Source: Azolla caroliniana (lineage: Eukaryota; Plantae; Polypodiophyta). Taken from it: 64,000 nucleotides of DNA. The stretch is taken from contig JBHGNT010000018.1 of NCBI GenBank assembly GCA_043228905.1, positions 9,424,001-9,488,000 of the forward strand, written 5' to 3'. The notes beneath the pieces are model-generated. The model did no database searches. It had not been told where the DNA came from and saw only the letters and a list, made by a program, of their open reading frames with translations. A program made the position numbers and the translations under genes. The stretch's first letter is position 1. Every line of letters starts with the position of its first letter. Below are positions 60,658-64,000 of this stretch, one piece after another.

Positions 60658-61658
60658 GCTCATTCCCAAGGGGAGGACATTTTGAGAGAGACACTCAAGC
60701 TTCGTTAGTAAAAACGATTATTGTAGGATAGTGAATAAAGAGGGGGCATATGAGGCCTACTATGGCAAGAGGTGTTTGAATCTCGTTAAGGGCGACGAAG
60801 GAGAGAGGTAATCTAGATAGTAAGCAAGGTGTACGATCGAGACATGTGGTGGAAATGAAAAGGGAAGTATAAAGTTTTGTGTTAGTCGAGTCTTGATGTC
60901 AAGTGCTACCAAAAAAACTTATTGTTTTGTTAGATGGTCTCTTAAAACCTATAAAAGGAGAAGGAGAGGTCATTGTTGGAGGGAGGGGGCACTTTTGAGA
61001 GAGACAACTAGGTTTTGCTAGTGAAACGATTATTGAGATATAAGAAATCAAGAGGTGCGTAAAAGGACTATGACGATAAGAGGGGCTTGACTCTCGTTAG
61101 CCGTAATGAAAGGAGAAATATGATCTATAGTAAGTAAGGTATATGGTTGCGATATGTGATGAAAACAAAAAATGACAAAAAATGTTTTGCATTAGTCAAA
61201 GTCTTGAGGTCAAAGTGCTACAAAAAGAAACTTACTATTTTGGTAGGTAGGCTCTTAAACCTATAAAAGGGAGCTCATTGCCAAAAAGCAAAATTTTGAG
61301 GGAGATACCTAGGTTTTGTGAGTGAGAGGATTATTGCGAGATAGAATCAAGGAGTGTAGGAGTTATATGATGACAAGAGGGGTTTGAATCTCGTTAGGGG
61401 TGATGAAGGGGGAAAGGTGATCTATTGTAAGCAAGGTATATGGTGAAAACGGAAAGGGACAAATAATTTTTCGTGTCAATGAGGTTAAATGCTACAAAAA
61501 AAACTTACTATTTTGGTAGTTGAACTCTTAAAACCTAGAAAAGGGAGCTCATTGCCAAAGATGGAACTTTTGAGGGAGACACCTAGGTTTTGTTAGTGAA
61601 AGGATTGTTCTGAGATAATGAATCAAGTGGGCATATAGGGGCCTATGCCGACAAGAGG
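60658..61658 (+). repeat. Diverged tandem array of ~275-310-bp LTR-promoter-like units (about 3.3 copies)
   Basis: Units start at ~60658, 60968, 61273 and 61547. They share ttttgag(a/g)gaga, tctcgtta and aagtgcta, and end in ctcttaaa(a)ccta(t/g)aaaagg. Confidence 0.8.
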
Positions 61659-62899
61659 CAATGTGGCCATTGATCGTAGACTCTGAAATTGAAACTCAAG
61701 GATCTCCCCCAGACACTATTTCGATCTCTTTACTTTCTTCATCTTAATCTCTCATATCTTATGTAATAAGGGTGATCTTATTGTAAAAAAAATTATATCT
61801 CAATCCCAAGCTTTATGGTGCTATTGCAAAGCATGTTGATTGTCGATAAACACGAAATTATCTTAATCTCAAATTTTATTTTGGAAATATTGTAAGTTGT
61901 TAGAAGTTTCCATCGTATGTATCAAAATCGAAGTAATTGGAGAAAATGAAAATTTAATTTTCATTCCTTGTGAATTGCCATCAAGGATCATACGTTTGGT
62001 TTGAAAATATGTTCATAGATCCAAGTGCTTGATGCATCAATCTCTTGTCAAGGTTTTCGTGGGGTTCGTGATAAAATTTTCGGCTCACCAATCAAAGTTC
62101 TTAAGGAGAAATTACGAGGAAAAGACAATGATGAACGTCATGAGAAAAAAAGTCTTATCTTCGACCTTGGAATTTTGGGCGGTGTCTTGACAATGGTTTG
62201 CCTAGTCCTTTTGTCATTCTTGGGCATTGATTAGGTCTAAGATCAAGGCTTGATTAACCTAGTTGAGTGTTTACATTCGTTATTTCATTGACAATGGTTG
62301 CCACAGAATTGATCCGTCTGCCATTCTTGGGCATTGTTCCGCTCCAAGACTAAGTCTCGATTAACCTCCTCAAGTGTCTTATTATGTTCATTCTTTCATA
62401 GAAGGTTTTACTAAGGTTATTGGCATTTCCACATTATTGTTGTTTTTGACTAGATTTGAAAGGGGACCGAACCCATATTCAAATGTGAACTAGTCCCAAG
62501 TCATTGAAAGGTTCCAATTTCTCACCTCATGCTTGGAATCGTGTTCCGAAAAATCCGACACTAACCTCACATAAATTCTTCCCATGGACAATGCGAGTTT
62601 TTAAATGTGGTCATTCTAGGACTCATCTTTTTGTCAAGTGTTTCTTCAGATTGTGTAAATTTGCGCTCCGAGTTCAAAAAAATTGAGTCGAAAAAACCAG
62701 TGGGTTTCTCGTTTGATCGTGATTAGTTTTAGGTTGAGAATTTCTTTTTGCGTTTCTTTTCCCCTGACATCATATCATGGCTTTGGGAGCAGAGATGCCA
62801 ATCGTCATCGTGTGCAGGAAAAAGGGAAGGGAATGCTTCTTCTTCTTCTTCATTTGTTTCTTCCAAAATTACACAAAGAGCCACCCCTCAAGCCATCAT

Positions 62900-63003
62900 G
62901 CTGATGATGATAGATGGAACTAATGATAAGTGATTGATGATAGATGATTGATAACGATGATAGATGATGATCATGATGTTAGATGATGATGTTAGATTAT
63001 CAT
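62900..63003. repeat. Degenerate (GAT)n microsatellite
   Basis: Low-complexity tgatgatgatagatg... tract. Confidence 0.7.
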
Positions 63004-64000
63004 GCTATTAGATGAGGCTGGTAACTACCATGTGTATAGATGGTCCTTGTTTTGTTATGTCTCTCTAGTTCCCAGTTGCGTGGCCCTACCCCTTGTGTGT
63101 GTGTACAGGAAATGGTTTGCCCTCCATGTAGAAGAGAAAAACTGAGCTCCTTGATGGGGTTGTATTTCACTTGTCTTTGATGCGACATCATGTGTGGACT
63201 GGGTGGATGCCCAAGCTTGCTTGGTGTTGAAAACCGAGCTCTCAACGATATGTTTCTTTTCCGATGGCGGGTTACTAATTAATGGGGCAAACAATTTTTG
63301 TTTGGTTGTGGAACCTAATCTTTGGACAATATCTTACAACATTGTCATGTTGGGTGGATGATTGCTTTGCCATGTATAGAAGCTAGGACTTTGAGGAAAG
63401 CTTACTTGTCTTATGGTAGAAGGGTGTTGGATGGGTGGAAAGTTTTTTGTTGGTGTAAAATCTAAGATTTTAAGTATACTTTACTCATCCAATGAGGTGC
63501 GGAAATTGTTTTGTTTTGTGCAAAATTTTGGGGCTATCTTACTTGTTTGATGGTCAAGTATTGAACAAATGGACAACTTTTTGTCTATGCAAACCTAGGT
63601 TTTCAAGAATATCTTACACATCATGTGAGGTGGACTAACTACTTGTCTAGTTTACGATGATGTTTGGCACAAGATCACTAATCATAGAAAAAATTGGTTT
63701 TTCATTGATCATTGTTTGTCTTATTCACATTGTTGTGGCACAATTGAGTTCCCGAAGTACCTTGCGAAGTAGTCTCACGAGTAATGATGGCAAACTACTA
63801 CGTTGTATATTCATTGATTTCCCCTTAGACTTGCCCTTTACATGATGTCAATCTTTATAACAACAACATCAATACTAGTCCTACCCAATGGTTTCCCCCC
63901 CTTCTCTATACACACTAAACTTTGATTTTTCATATTCACAGATTTGAGTTCCCTTATTTTGAGGGCCCAAACCTTGAAGTGAAGCCTCTTTATCACCTGC

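Noticed and set aside
62000-64000. Degenerate retroelement internal region
   Set aside because: It looks repeat-derived, but no domain, LTR pair or PBS could be identified.

Overview
Nuclear DNA of a non-seed land plant, most likely a fern or lycophyte. This is inferred from a Tcn1-type chromovirus, a Sola-like transposase relic and the style of the PLS-DYW PPR gene. Bases ~6.7-43.1 kb are a transposon nest whose boundaries can be resolved from target-site duplications (TSDs). An old LINE was hit by LTR element A (8798-41623). A contains element B (10463-34447) and Copia G (35116-40687). B contains element C in its 5' LTR (10667-18773), and C in turn carries an intact chromovirus D (11683-17456). 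B also contains Copia F (20994-33393), which carries Gypsy E (25215-32165). Two hAT-type MITEs lie just to the right. The whole nest sits between the first and last recognisable exons of a decayed minus-strand BTB/BACK/MATH-like gene. Right of the nest are an intact 6-exon solanesyl diphosphate synthase gene, an intronless PLS-E-DYW-like PPR gene ending in DDS, and decayed repeats. The most unusual observations are three. (1) Element C is a 2.3-kb non-autonomous LTR element with a tRNA primer-binding-site-like motif inside BOTH LTRs, in opposite orientations; it has no polypurine tract and encodes only a coiled-coil protein. (2) Chromovirus D has an antisense A/B-box (Pol III) module with tRNA spacing that forms its LTR terminus, plus Tf1-like self-priming complementarity and a -1 frameshift signal. 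(3) E and B look like an autonomous/non-autonomous pair sharing a tRNA-Trp PBS and 4-bp TSDs. All coordinates and counts were read by eye; family and tRNA assignments come from recalled motifs, not database searches.
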